The translations under genes were made by a program, and so were the position numbers. From positions 12,172 through 76,171 of the forward strand of contig CAIWTN010000077.1 of the NCBI GenBank assembly GCA_903915625.1: a stretch of DNA of 64,000 nucleotides. Reading direction: 5' to 3'. A model generated the notes under the pieces. It made no database searches, had not been told where the DNA came from, and saw only the letters and a list, made by a program, of their open reading frames with translations. How positions within the stretch are numbered: the first letter of the stretch is position 1; every line of letters begins with the position of its first letter. Of this stretch, positions 21,255-30,832 are shown piece after piece. The DNA is from an uncultured Pseudomonadota bacterium. GTDB lineage: Bacteria > Bdellovibrionota_B > Oligoflexia > Oligoflexales > CAIYRB01.

Positions 21255-21511
21255 AAAACGCCCCAAAACTGACCATTAGCGCTGAATCGAACCCACGGCG
21301 CTCTCTTGCGATGGCTGTTTTAACGGTATTAACAATTGCTTATGGTTGCAGTGAGCCGCAGTCGGCAAGAATAAACCCGGTGACCGGAGGGTCCGCAGGT
21401 GCTATCAGTACCCGTACGACAAGAGAAGACCTGGTCGTAATGGTCAATGGTAAGAAGTGGGATGGTCGTAGCGATGTGGATAGTTCCCAGTATAAGATCA
21501 CTGGCGATTAA
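21251..21511 (+). CDS. Small hypothetical lipoprotein
   Basis: Overlaps the upstream stop; lipobox AYGC. Confidence 0.55.
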   Translation: MKNAPKLTISAESNPRRSLAMAVLTVLTIAYGCSEPQSARINPVTGGSAGAISTRTTREDLVVMVNGKKWDGRSDVDSSQYKITGD

Positions 21512-21574
21512 TCTGCGGGCACCGACTGTGCCCGCAAATCTGTTGTGATTCTCATGCTTAGAAAGCTCCGCTAG

Positions 21575-23209
21575 ATGATTCATCTGTCTAATCTGACCAA
21601 ACGTCAGGGTGTCCGTACCCTTTACGAAAATGCCAACTTCCACATCCGTCCGGGGGACAGAATCGGCCTAGTTGGACCCAACGGGGCAGGTAAGACGACG
21701 ATTTTTCGCTTGATCACTGGCGAGGATCAGGCTGATGTCGGGACCATTTCGATCAATCCCAACGCTGTGGTTGGCTACTTCTCCCAGGATGTTGGTGACA
21801 TGCGTGGCAGGACGGCACTTGAGGAGGTCAAGGCCGGTGCGGGCCGGGTGTACGAGCTTGGTAGTATCATAGCCGCAGCAGAGCAGCGGCTTGCCGAGTC
21901 AGAGGAAAATCCGCTTAGCGATGACGAGATGACCACTCTGATGGAGCGCTACGGCGATGCACAGCTGGAATTTCAGCAACGCGGTGGCTACGACCTGGAC
22001 GCGAGAGCGAAGGCGGTACTGACAGGCCTTGGGATTGGCCCCGATGATCATCATCGAGCGGTCGAGGACTTCAGCGGTGGTTGGAAGATGCGGATCGCCT
22101 TGGCGCGTATTCTTACCCTTAATCCCGATGTCTTGCTGATGGATGAACCGACTAACCACTTGGATATCGAATCCATCGTGTGGTTGGAACAGTGGCTGGC
22201 TGCGTTCAAAGGCGCCATCCTCATGACGAGTCACGACCGCGAATTTATGAACCGCCTGGTGTCCCGCGTGGTCGAGATCGCTAATAAAGCGATCACGATG
22301 TACAGCGGTAATTACGACTTCTACCTGCGTGAGCGCGAAGTTCGTAGAGAGCAACTGTTGGCAGCTCATAAGCGCCAGGCTGATATGCTAGCAAAAGAAG
22401 AAGACTTCATCGCTAAGTTTGCCGCACGTGCATCGCACGCAGCGCAGGTGCAGTCGCGGGTGAAAAAGCTCGATAAGATCGAGCGCATCGAGATTCCGCC
22501 GGAAGCCAAAACGATCTACTTCCAATTTGCGACACCCCCACGCAGCGGTAACGATGTGGTGCGGTTGAACGATCTGGAGAAGGTGTGGGAGCGTGATGAT
22601 GGCAAAACTAAGCGCGTATTCTCTGGAGTGAGTGGCACCGTCCGGCGCTTGGACAAAATCGCGGTGACCGGTGTCAACGGTGCCGGTAAATCTACGCTCC
22701 TTAAGACAATCATCGGCCAAACTGAGCCTACAGGCGGTACCCTGGCCCTTGGAGCAAGCGTCAACGTTGGTTATTTCAGCCAGCATGCGTTGGATGTCCT
22801 GAATCCAAATCAGACGGTATTTGACTGCGTATCGCAGCGCCTGCCGGATGCCAGCATTGGTTACGTTCGCAACCTGCTGGGTGCGTTTCTGTTTAGTGGA
22901 GACGATATCGAGAAGAAGATCGGCGTACTATCCGGTGGGGAAAAGAGCCGTGTGGCGCTTGCTCTCATTCTGGCGAGCCCAGTCAATTTCTTGATTCTTG
23001 ACGAACCGACTAACCACTTAGATATCGAGTCGCGCGAGGTGCTACTTCGTGCGGTGCAGGAATTCGATGGCACGGTCATGCTGGTGAGCCATGATAGGCA
23101 CTTCCTCCGCCAGATTGTGAACCGGGTCTTTGAGATACGGGACGGCGAGATGCGTAGCTATGACGGTAGCTATGACTACTACTTAGAGAAGACGAATCAG
23201 GTGGTCTAA
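21575..23209 (+). CDS. ABC-F family ATPase
   Basis: Two ABC domains (GPNGAGKT / GVNGAGKS, FSGGW / LSGGEK, DEPTNHLD twice); no TM segments. Confidence 0.95.
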   Translation: MIHLSNLTKRQGVRTLYENANFHIRPGDRIGLVGPNGAGKTTIFRLITGEDQADVGTISINPNAVVGYFSQDVGDMRGRTALEEVKAGAGRVYELGSIIAAAEQRLAESEENPLSDDEMTTLMERYGDAQLEFQQRGGYDLDARAKAVLTGLGIGPDDHHRAVEDFSGGWKMRIALARILTLNPDVLLMDEPTNHLDIESIVWLEQWLAAFKGAILMTSHDREFMNRLVSRVVEIANKAITMYSGNYDFYLREREVRREQLLAAHKRQADMLAKEEDFIAKFAARASHAAQVQSRVKKLDKIERIEIPPEAKTIYFQFATPPRSGNDVVRLNDLEKVWERDDGKTKRVFSGVSGTVRRLDKIAVTGVNGAGKSTLLKTIIGQTEPTGGTLALGASVNVGYFSQHALDVLNPNQTVFDCVSQRLPDASIGYVRNLLGAFLFSGDDIEKKIGVLSGGEKSRVALALILASPVNFLILDEPTNHLDIESREVLLRAVQEFDGTVMLVSHDRHFLRQIVNRVFEIRDGEMRSYDGSYDYYLEKTNQVV

Positions 23210-23332
23210 GTCACACTGTAATATAATAGCTCTTCACAATTTCGAAATCCCCAGTGTATTCCTCAGGGACTACAGGTTTAGTTTTGTTGACCACAAAACG
23301 ACGACCCATTACCACTATTGGGGGTAGATCCA

Positions 23333-24022
23333 ATGAAGAAGTTGCTGCTTGCGGTCACGCTAAGTCTCTTGTCTGTACAGGCCTCTGCCGAAGTCGCTTC
23401 GTTAACTCGCTCGTGTGAGACGGGTAAGTGTACCTGGGCCGAGATGGTCCAGGCACGCGGCTCGTCTGATAAACTGGTGCTGAAGAAATTCCCCTCGGAC
23501 GGCATTGAAGCCTATATGCCCATCGGCCGCACCGAGGTGAACGGTATTCCGGAAACCGCTCAGGGAATATGGTGGATCAGCCTAAATTTACCTGGCGATA
23601 TTCTTTGCACGTTCGGCAATGCGACCTGGGATGCTAGCACTAGAACAGCGACGGTACCGGTTTATGGCGCCGGCAATTTTAGTTTTCACGCAAATGAAAC
23701 GGGTGCCTCAGCCTATTATCCTCTCCTGGCAACTCACTTTACCTATGAAGTGAAGTTTACGGATGATGACCACTACGCAACGATCACTCCCGTGCTCGAC
23801 TTTCTCGGTCACCGAGTCTCAGTGCCCAAGCTGTTCGTGAAATTTGCGATGCGTTACGTCGATGATGGTCACTGGGTGCGGGAAAGCTGGCTCCTCGGCA
23901 AACGCTTGCCTGATTATGACTTCCTTCGCGTCGTGCGCGCTGATGGACAGCGGGACGACGCTTATGCTGGTTATTTGAAGGTGGCTGATGAGGAGTCTTA
24001 TTTGGCGGTCAAAGTTGAGTGA
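23333..24022 (+). CDS. Secreted hypothetical protein
   Basis: Signal peptide MKKLLLAVTLSLLSVQASA; beta-rich mature region; no family recognised. Confidence 0.75.
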   Translation: MKKLLLAVTLSLLSVQASAEVASLTRSCETGKCTWAEMVQARGSSDKLVLKKFPSDGIEAYMPIGRTEVNGIPETAQGIWWISLNLPGDILCTFGNATWDASTRTATVPVYGAGNFSFHANETGASAYYPLLATHFTYEVKFTDDDHYATITPVLDFLGHRVSVPKLFVKFAMRYVDDGHWVRESWLLGKRLPDYDFLRVVRADGQRDDAYAGYLKVADEESYLAVKVE

Positions 24023-24033
24023 AGGCTGATTTT

Positions 24034-25620
24034 TTACTCAACAATGCACCAGTCTTCGACAGCGCTTCCTGAGGTGGGAGATTTCTTGCGATAAAGGGTC
24101 TCGCTGACGAAGAAGGGCTTACCGTGGCCCCCTCCGAAGTTTGTGCACAAATCAGGATCGTTAATGGTCGGTGCTGGATTTTGTAGGTAGGTCATCGCGT
24201 TTAGCATCAGTGGCATGGCTTGGATGGAGGCATCCTTCCAGCCTAGCACTCCATGGTAACCGAGCTGTTTTAGTTTGTCGTAAGTCAGGCGGGGTGACGT
24301 GAGTTCAAACTCGAGATACTCTTTCATGTCGAACTCGCCCACATAAATTGGCTTATCAAAGCCAAAGGAACTTGCCGCATTCTGGAATGGGCTGTTCTCT
24401 TTTCCTTTATTGGCATAGTAATGGACTTGATAGAAATCGAGATATCCCATCGGGTCTTTACCGGCTTTGACTAAAGCCTCGTCGGAATAGATATTGCCTG
24501 TGCTCAGGTTTTTATTCAGATACTTCATGGACACTGCGCCTACCGTGACTAAATTGGACGGGGCGATGTGGTGAATTCTACCGGCAATTTTATTGACGAA
24601 GGTTTGCACAGCCGCTAAGTCAACTCGGTCTGTAGCTTCGACATTGCCCCAGTTTTCTGCCGTAGTCATACCCTCTGGTTCATTAATAACGTCCCAGGAG
24701 TGAAGTGCGGGGTGACTGCGAACCGCGTAAACCATCGGAGTGAGTGCCCTGTCGAGATAATCTCGCATGTGCTTGGCATCAGTTAGTAATAGGCGATTTG
24801 CGGCGACTCGGCCGGAATCCTTTTTCTTCAGCTCCGACCTCAGCATATCAAAGGACCACAGAGTCAGCATGAGCTGGACTTTTTGAGTGGCGGCTACATC
24901 GAGAATTTTTGTTAAATCTTTGATCGTGTAGGCGCCTGGCCCTAGAACGCGTGCGCCTTCGTATTCTGGCGTCAGTGATCCATCTGTATGTAACCAGATC
25001 CGAGCGACCGTGCCGCCGGCTGCGGCTACTTGGCTTAGCTGACGTTTGATTTCTGCTAAATTCGGTGCGCCTGTACCGACATCTCTGGCGAAATCAACCC
25101 AAGCCAGGTTTATTCCTGTGCTGAAATTGTCGCGTAGTCGCTTTTGATTGGCTAATTGGATATTGGGATCGGGGGAGTCATTGGTAACAGGCTCCCAGGG
25201 ACGTTGGTCCTTAAAGCAGAGGGTCACGGGAAAACCATTCACGTCGCCCGGTTTATTACGAGTCAGATTAAATTTGAGGGCTTTACTCACGCAGTTGGCG
25301 GTGCTGAGGACAGCCTCTCCACCAGCGAAATAGTTTAGGCTGAGTTGATACTCACCGGGAGGGGCGCTCACTGCAATCGAATCGCTGACCTTCTTGCTCT
25401 CTTTGTCGTAGGTTTTTTTTGTATCCGAACTGCGCATTAATGAGAGCGAGACTCGATCGATGCCAAGATCCATGGCTTGGATCTCTTGTATGCCGGGAAT
25501 GGTGAGCGTTGCTAAATCGTCTCCTCGGCGCAGTTCTCTTTGGGACGCTTGCGTGGGTACACACGCTGAAATTAGAAGTGATGACCATAGCGGACGGCGA
25601 AGCATCGGACCATGGGGCAT
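24034..25620 (-). CDS. GH5 endo-beta-1,4-mannanase-like lipoprotein (GH5_10-like)
   Basis: GINLAW, RIWLHTDG..TP, TLWSFD, WDVINEPEG, LDFYQVHYY, VGEF. Start ATG 25620 with AAGGA RBS; lipobox ISAC. Confidence 0.8.
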   Translation of the reverse strand: MPHGPMLRRPLWSSLLISACVPTQASQRELRRGDDLATLTIPGIQEIQAMDLGIDRVSLSLMRSSDTKKTYDKESKKVSDSIAVSAPPGEYQLSLNYFAGGEAVLSTANCVSKALKFNLTRNKPGDVNGFPVTLCFKDQRPWEPVTNDSPDPNIQLANQKRLRDNFSTGINLAWVDFARDVGTGAPNLAEIKRQLSQVAAAGGTVARIWLHTDGSLTPEYEGARVLGPGAYTIKDLTKILDVAATQKVQLMLTLWSFDMLRSELKKKDSGRVAANRLLLTDAKHMRDYLDRALTPMVYAVRSHPALHSWDVINEPEGMTTAENWGNVEATDRVDLAAVQTFVNKIAGRIHHIAPSNLVTVGAVSMKYLNKNLSTGNIYSDEALVKAGKDPMGYLDFYQVHYYANKGKENSPFQNAASSFGFDKPIYVGEFDMKEYLEFELTSPRLTYDKLKQLGYHGVLGWKDASIQAMPLMLNAMTYLQNPAPTINDPDLCTNFGGGHGKPFFVSETLYRKKSPTSGSAVEDWCIVE

Positions 25621-25830
25621 GCAAATTGTCCTTTCCGTTGGAGCATGGAGAATCAGTGGAGTCATAGGAGATCGGAGCAGGAGGGCCGGGTGTGCGGAGC
25701 TGCGAGCTCTACACATTCATAGTTATATTAAAATAAATTATACTTGTAAACATTTTTTTAATAGTGTAGTTAATAATTATAAAGATTGTTGATTTATTTT
25801 AAACGCGCATGAACCATGGCGAGATGATAA

Positions 25831-26466
25831 ATGCCCAATAAGATTAGGGATTTTATTGATTTGGTCGCCTGCGTATTCGTTCTTATGGTCATTCTTCAGA
25901 GCGGCAGTGCTATGGCTGACAGTTGGCCGCAGGAACGCCGGGAGCATCTCCGGGTTTGCTGGGAGATTCCTGATTTTAAAGAAGAAAAGCAGTGGGTTGC
26001 CAATGCTATTGAACGTGAGTACGGCAGCCGACAGTTACTAAATGTGGTGGAGTGGGGCGAATGTGACGCCATGCCCGATGCCAACATCCGGATCACGATT
26101 ATGGATCAAGGCCCCCATACGCGCGGGATCGGTCCTCAACTAGATCAACTAGAGCACGGTGTCGTATTTAATTTTACGTTTATGCACTGGGGTCGCTCTT
26201 GTAAGGCGCAGCGGCGAGAATGTATTGAAGGCATCGCTGTGCATGAGTTTGGTCACGTGTTAGGCCTTCCTGATGCCGCTATTCCTATGGGTGGAGATTC
26301 AGCGACGTGCAGCGGTGTGCAGCTTGCGACTCAGGAAGTGCAGTCTGATGTGGTGATCGGGGAAGACTCTGTCATGAACTACTGCAATCCTAACTGGCGC
26401 AGCGGTAGGTTGACCGGTACGGATCTCGTGGCGATTGGGTCCATGTTCCAGTTACAGGGTAAATGA
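25831..26466 (+). CDS. Secreted metzincin-like metallopeptidase
   Basis: Signal peptide; HEFGHVLGLPD zinc motif; Met-turn SVMNYC. Confidence 0.75.
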   Translation: MPNKIRDFIDLVACVFVLMVILQSGSAMADSWPQERREHLRVCWEIPDFKEEKQWVANAIEREYGSRQLLNVVEWGECDAMPDANIRITIMDQGPHTRGIGPQLDQLEHGVVFNFTFMHWGRSCKAQRRECIEGIAVHEFGHVLGLPDAAIPMGGDSATCSGVQLATQEVQSDVVIGEDSVMNYCNPNWRSGRLTGTDLVAIGSMFQLQGK

Positions 26467-26545
26467 ACGCGGTTTGACGGCGTAGAGTCAGATTGTTATT
26501 TTCGCCCTCGGCCGCGTTGCTTGTGGCCTAGTCGAGGATTTACCC

Positions 26546-27646
26546 ATGAGCATCGAAACGCTGTTTAAGCCGTTCCAACTTAAAAGTTTAGCGCTGAAGA
26601 ACCGCTTTGTTATGGCGCCCATGACGCGGTCGTTTTCACCGGGCGGTGTTCCGACCGATGCCGTCGCAGCATATTACCTTCGTCGAGCTGCTGGTGGGAC
26701 CGGTTTGATCCTGTCCGAAGGGACTGTAGTGGCTCGCCAGGCGTCGTCGAACGATGCAAATATTCCCCATTTCTATGGCGAGGATGCCTTAGCTGGGTGG
26801 CGCCGCGTCATCAGTCAAGTCCATGCTGCCGGGGGAGCCATGGCGCCTCAAATTTGGCACATGGGCGTGATGGCCCCGCATAAGTCCGGATGGTTGCCAC
26901 CGGTGCCCTTTGAAGGACCCTCAGGTTTAGACAAAGATGGTCAAGTCGGCGGGGTAGCGATGAGCCTTACTGACATCCAAAATACGATTGCTGCATTTGC
27001 TCAAGCTGCAGCCGATGCAAAGCGCCTAGGCTTTGATACTGTTGAAATCCACGGTGCACATGGGTATTTAGTGGACCAATTCTTTTGGGACCAAACCAAT
27101 CGCCGCACGGACGAGTACGGTGGCAAAACCCTGGCCGAGCGCAGTCGTTTCGCAGTGGACCTAGTCAAAGCCGTGCGCCAAGCCGTAGGCCCGGATTTTC
27201 CGATTATTCTGCGCCTCTCGCAGTGGAAGCAAGGGGCCTATGATTACCGCCTGGCTAAGACACCGGAGGAAATGGCTGCCTGGTTAGTGCCGCTTGCCGA
27301 TGCAGGTGTCGACATCTTCCATTGCTCTCAGCGCCGTTTCGAGGATCCTGAATTCGCAGGATCTGATTTAAACTTTGCTGGATGGGCGAAGAAATTGACC
27401 GGCAAGGCCACGATCACCGTCGGGTCGGTCGGATTGTCCGGGGATTTCATCAGAGGCTTTCAAGGCGAAAGCTCGACAGCGCAGGCCTTTGATAATCTCT
27501 TGGAGAGATTTGATCGCGGTGATTTTGACCTAGTTGCAGTCGGGCGTGCATTACTTTCAGATGCGGATTGGGTCGAAAAAGTAAAGACTGGCCGACTGGC
27601 TGATCTGCATGGTTTTAAACCAAGTGATTTAGCAATTTTAAGTTAA
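26546..27646 (+). CDS. NADH:flavin oxidoreductase (Old Yellow Enzyme family)
   Basis: NRFVMAPMTR, QIWH.G, EIHGAHGYLVDQF, NRRTDEYGG, VAVGRALL. Confidence 0.93.
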   Translation: MSIETLFKPFQLKSLALKNRFVMAPMTRSFSPGGVPTDAVAAYYLRRAAGGTGLILSEGTVVARQASSNDANIPHFYGEDALAGWRRVISQVHAAGGAMAPQIWHMGVMAPHKSGWLPPVPFEGPSGLDKDGQVGGVAMSLTDIQNTIAAFAQAAADAKRLGFDTVEIHGAHGYLVDQFFWDQTNRRTDEYGGKTLAERSRFAVDLVKAVRQAVGPDFPIILRLSQWKQGAYDYRLAKTPEEMAAWLVPLADAGVDIFHCSQRRFEDPEFAGSDLNFAGWAKKLTGKATITVGSVGLSGDFIRGFQGESSTAQAFDNLLERFDRGDFDLVAVGRALLSDADWVEKVKTGRLADLHGFKPSDLAILS

Positions 27647-27678
27647 ATGAATCGTAAACTAGAATCAGTGCCGCGCGC

Positions 27679-28311
27679 TCAGCGACGGAGTATGGCGCGC
27701 ACTGGGCTGGCGTCAAAACCAACTAGTTTGAGCGGCAGTGCTACTAGTTCGTAGTCGCCATCAGCCACGTCAATCAGGTGGAGTCCCTCGATATTGCGGA
27801 TGCCGTAGCGAAGAAGCATGTTATGTGCCGGCAGAGTCTTAGAGTCAAAGGGGTCGACTGACGGTGTGTCGATCCCAATTAATTTGACCTTCGCCTCGCC
27901 CATAGCAGCGACGGCTTCCGGGCTAAACGCCACAAAGTCTGTATTAAAAAATTTGTAATCCGGCGCGCTCAGTGTACGAAACAAAATTCGTGTAGCTCCG
28001 CGCTTAATAGCTTGAATACAGTGTGCGGTTTGAATCAAGGCACCAGGGACTATCTGGCAGCTAACGACCGTGCACGGACCAATATAGGGATCTAGATCGA
28101 CTTGTTCGATTGAGGCCCCTGAGGCTGAGTAATGACTTGGTGCGTCGGTGTGAGCTCCGATATGTACCGTGGTTTTAAGGCTGGAGAGGGTCAGATTAGC
28201 GCCGGTCGCCATATCTAGTTGTACATCTCGACTGAACCCAACGTCTCCAGGCCAGACGGCAGTTTGGTTGGTGATCGGCGGCGAGATGTCGATAATTTGC
28301 GTGTAGCTCAT
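27679..28311 (-). CDS. kynB: Kynurenine formamidase / cyclase family protein
   Basis: VWPGD, HIGAHTDAPSHY, GIDTPSVD, ALPLKL...DASPVRA. Confidence 0.8.
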   Translation of the reverse strand: MSYTQIIDISPPITNQTAVWPGDVGFSRDVQLDMATGANLTLSSLKTTVHIGAHTDAPSHYSASGASIEQVDLDPYIGPCTVVSCQIVPGALIQTAHCIQAIKRGATRILFRTLSAPDYKFFNTDFVAFSPEAVAAMGEAKVKLIGIDTPSVDPFDSKTLPAHNMLLRYGIRNIEGLHLIDVADGDYELVALPLKLVGFDASPVRAILRR

Positions 28312-28490
28312 GTGCCTTGAAGCTCATCATTCATTATGCTGAATTTGTGCCACTATTGTCTGCCATATAGGAACAGTCTGCAATCAATTTGGGAAATGCG
28401 TTGGTGCTTTGCTCCCTGGTGGAAGCTGCACAAAGTTCGAAGTTTCCAACCTAGCAAGTATACTTGACGATCTAGCGTACGACTCAGTGC

Positions 28491-28781
28491 TTAATGATGG
28501 TGTCTGAGATATCTGTGATGGGAGTTTGAACGGTGAGCTTGGGGCTCTTTCCTGCTTGCCCAGCGAAGTGCAAAGTGTCCGCCAAATAGTACGAAAATGC
28601 CAATGGCGGTGCGTACCAGCCAGATAAGCAGCGGGTCATCCAGTGCTCCTTGCATGGTTGCAGCCAAGCTCTCAGCAGTGGTCATGGGCTCTTGCTGGGG
28701 GTCCGCCTGAGACGACGCACACCATAACATCGCCATCGTTGAAAAGAACAAAGTTGTAATTAAAGGTTTGGTGGAGAGCAT
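28491..28781 (-). CDS. Small hypothetical membrane protein
   Basis: Signal peptide, one TM helix and a His/Arg-rich tail. Confidence 0.55.
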   Translation of the reverse strand: MLSTKPLITTLFFSTMAMLWCASSQADPQQEPMTTAESLAATMQGALDDPLLIWLVRTAIGIFVLFGGHFALRWASRKEPQAHRSNSHHRYLRHHH

Positions 28782-29022
28782 TCTGAATTCTTAATCCTGA
28801 TCGCGGCGTTGACCACCTAGTTGCTACGTTTTTAAGATCTCCGATTTGATCTAAAAATGGCGTAAAAAGGGCACCGGAAAGGATAAAAATTCTATAAAAA
28901 TCTGCCTGTCATGCATATCGCAGAAGATTCGTTTAAAGCTGAATTTGCATTCCCTCCCATAGCTCTGATGGGTGATAAATAGCAATAATTATCAATTGTT
29001 ATAAAAATCTCAAAGAAATCGC

Positions 29023-29050
29023 TTAATAAGACTGATGATGTTGCCGATAT
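29023..29050 (+). promoter_or_regulatory. Putative sigma28/FliA promoter
   Basis: TTAAT-N15-GCCGATAT upstream of the 29139 gene. Confidence 0.5.
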
Positions 29051-29138
29051 GTCGAAAGAACCAAGCGGGACTAGAGGCTGCCCCCCCTGAGCATTAAGGG
29101 AGGCCCGATGTGCACTAAACGCTACGCGAGTTCAAACT

Positions 29139-29900
29139 ATGAAACCGATGAGATCTATCACGGGTAACTACTTTGCCGCCTCTACTGCGGTAGTCCTGAT
29201 CAGCTTTGCTTTGGGGTGTAGCACTCCTCCGGTCACAACTCCTTCTAACGTCGGTTCGAAAGACGATGCCTCGGATGAAGAGGATACAGACACACCTGCC
29301 AACAAGAGTAAAAAGCCAACTACTTCGAAGAAGCCGCCTGCTCCCAGCCCGGATCCGGCCACTCCACCCGGATCGGACGTGTTCACAACTGGTAGCGGTA
29401 CGTGGAAGGTCCCGAAAGGTATCACCTCGGTGACGATTGAAATCTGGGGCGGTGGTGGTGGCGGTGGGAATAGCAACGATGGTGGCGGTGGCGGTGGCGG
29501 TGGTGGTGGCTATGCAAAGGCGGTCATCACGACCGCGCCCGACACTGAATTCAGCTATTCAGTGGGAGAAGGCGGTAGCGCTGGACCGCAAGCAAAAGCT
29601 GGTGGCCAGAGTAAAGTTAGCGGTCCAGCCACCATAACTGCGGAAGGCGGACTCCCGGGCGCAGATGGCGACACCCAAATGGTAGGTGGCGGTGCCGGTG
29701 GTGCAGCGAGCGGTGGCACGGAGCAAAATCTGACGGGTAATAATGGCGGAAACGGTACTTTATTTATTAATTACGCCCCAAGGGGGGGACCTGCCATCTA
29801 TGGTACCGGAGGCACTGGTGGTGACGCCGCTTGTTCCAGTTGTGCGACAAAGATTAAACCCACTGCCGGTACCGCAGGTCAGGTCAAATTTAGCTGGTAA
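29139..29900 (+). CDS. Glycine-rich-domain lipoprotein
   Basis: Lipobox ALGC, Pro/acidic linker, FTTGSGTWKVPKGITSVTIEIWGGGGGGG, poly-Gly. Confidence 0.85.
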   Translation: MKPMRSITGNYFAASTAVVLISFALGCSTPPVTTPSNVGSKDDASDEEDTDTPANKSKKPTTSKKPPAPSPDPATPPGSDVFTTGSGTWKVPKGITSVTIEIWGGGGGGGNSNDGGGGGGGGGGYAKAVITTAPDTEFSYSVGEGGSAGPQAKAGGQSKVSGPATITAEGGLPGADGDTQMVGGGAGGAASGGTEQNLTGNNGGNGTLFINYAPRGGPAIYGTGGTGGDAACSSCATKIKPTAGTAGQVKFSW

Positions 29901-29935
29901 CCTTGCATACGCGATGTCAATTGAGCCTAAGTAAC

Positions 29936-30385
29936 TTAACTTAGCTGCTCTGTCGGCGATGATGTCGATTTACATGCAGCCAATTGGGCTTCAAAAACGC
30001 GCAGGGAAATCGCAAAATCTTTGATAAAGAAGCCAAGCGCCGCAATCATCAGTGCTACGCTAAGAGAAAACAGCGTCGGTACGACTACGGGAAGATCCAA
30101 GCTAAATAGCAGGCTCCCAAAGATCACGAAGATGGTTAGAGCGACGCAGAAGATACTCGCCGAGTTGAGGATAATGGTTAAACGGAGTAGTCGTGCCCTG
30201 CGGTGCAGCACGCGCAATTCAGACCAATCTAGTTGTCCACGGTCCATAAGGACGCGGGCCCGGTCAATGACTCGTCCGAACCGTACTGACATTGAGGCGA
30301 GGAGAGTGCCTGCTCCCATGATCAAAAAAACCGGAGCGACGGCAGTCTGCATGGCATGGGTAACATCTGTGACGGAATGAAACAC
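29936..30385 (-). CDS. DUF2721-like membrane protein
   Basis: QTAVAPVFLI, RFGRVIDRAR, L.RRARL, three hydrophobic helices. Confidence 0.8.
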   Translation of the reverse strand: MFHSVTDVTHAMQTAVAPVFLIMGAGTLLASMSVRFGRVIDRARVLMDRGQLDWSELRVLHRRARLLRLTIILNSASIFCVALTIFVIFGSLLFSLDLPVVVPTLFSLSVALMIAALGFFIKDFAISLRVFEAQLAACKSTSSPTEQLS

Positions 30386-30407
30386 GGGTATAACTCGCTG
30401 ATAAAAA

Positions 30408-30770
30408 CTATTTAGTTAAAAGGTTGCCCGCTGCTAGGCGGTTCTCGGTGTCTTGGTAGCCACCAATAAGTACGCCGTTCACAAAGACTTGCGGGAAGGT
30501 TGGCCAACCGCTCCACAATTTAATGGCCAAGCGTTTCTTCCACTGTGAGGTATACCCTCCGTATTCAATGTAGTGAAAGGAAACGTTTGCCTTCGTCAGC
30601 GCGGCGCGAACCTTGCGTACAAAAGGATTGGATGCCATGCCTACGACGACGACCATATGTTCCTGGACGGCCTTGCTTACCTCGGCAACGGCATCTGGAT
30701 AAAACGCCGCTATCGCTGCACCTGCCTCAGGGCTGATTTTGTCTTTGGGTAGCGTCTCGCGTGTAGCCAT
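30408..30770 (-). CDS. Glutaredoxin-fold protein lacking cysteine
   Basis: WSGWPTFPQVFVNG.LIGG signature; the active-site position reads SNPF. Confidence 0.8.
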   Translation of the reverse strand: MATRETLPKDKISPEAGAAIAAFYPDAVAEVSKAVQEHMVVVVGMASNPFVRKVRAALTKANVSFHYIEYGGYTSQWKKRLAIKLWSGWPTFPQVFVNGVLIGGYQDTENRLAAGNLLTK

Positions 30771-30832
30771 TTGGGAATCGCCTTTCGTTTTAATGCTGAT
30801 ACCGCGCGTCTATCGTGCTGTGGCTCCGAGGT

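Noticed and set aside
28337-28352. sigma54-like TGGCACAAATTCAGCA before kynB
   Set aside because: Poor -12 box and very short leader; may be chance.
29447-29510. (GGT/GGC)n tandem repeat as a contingency locus
   Set aside because: Mixed codons encoding the poly-Gly of a Gly-rich domain.
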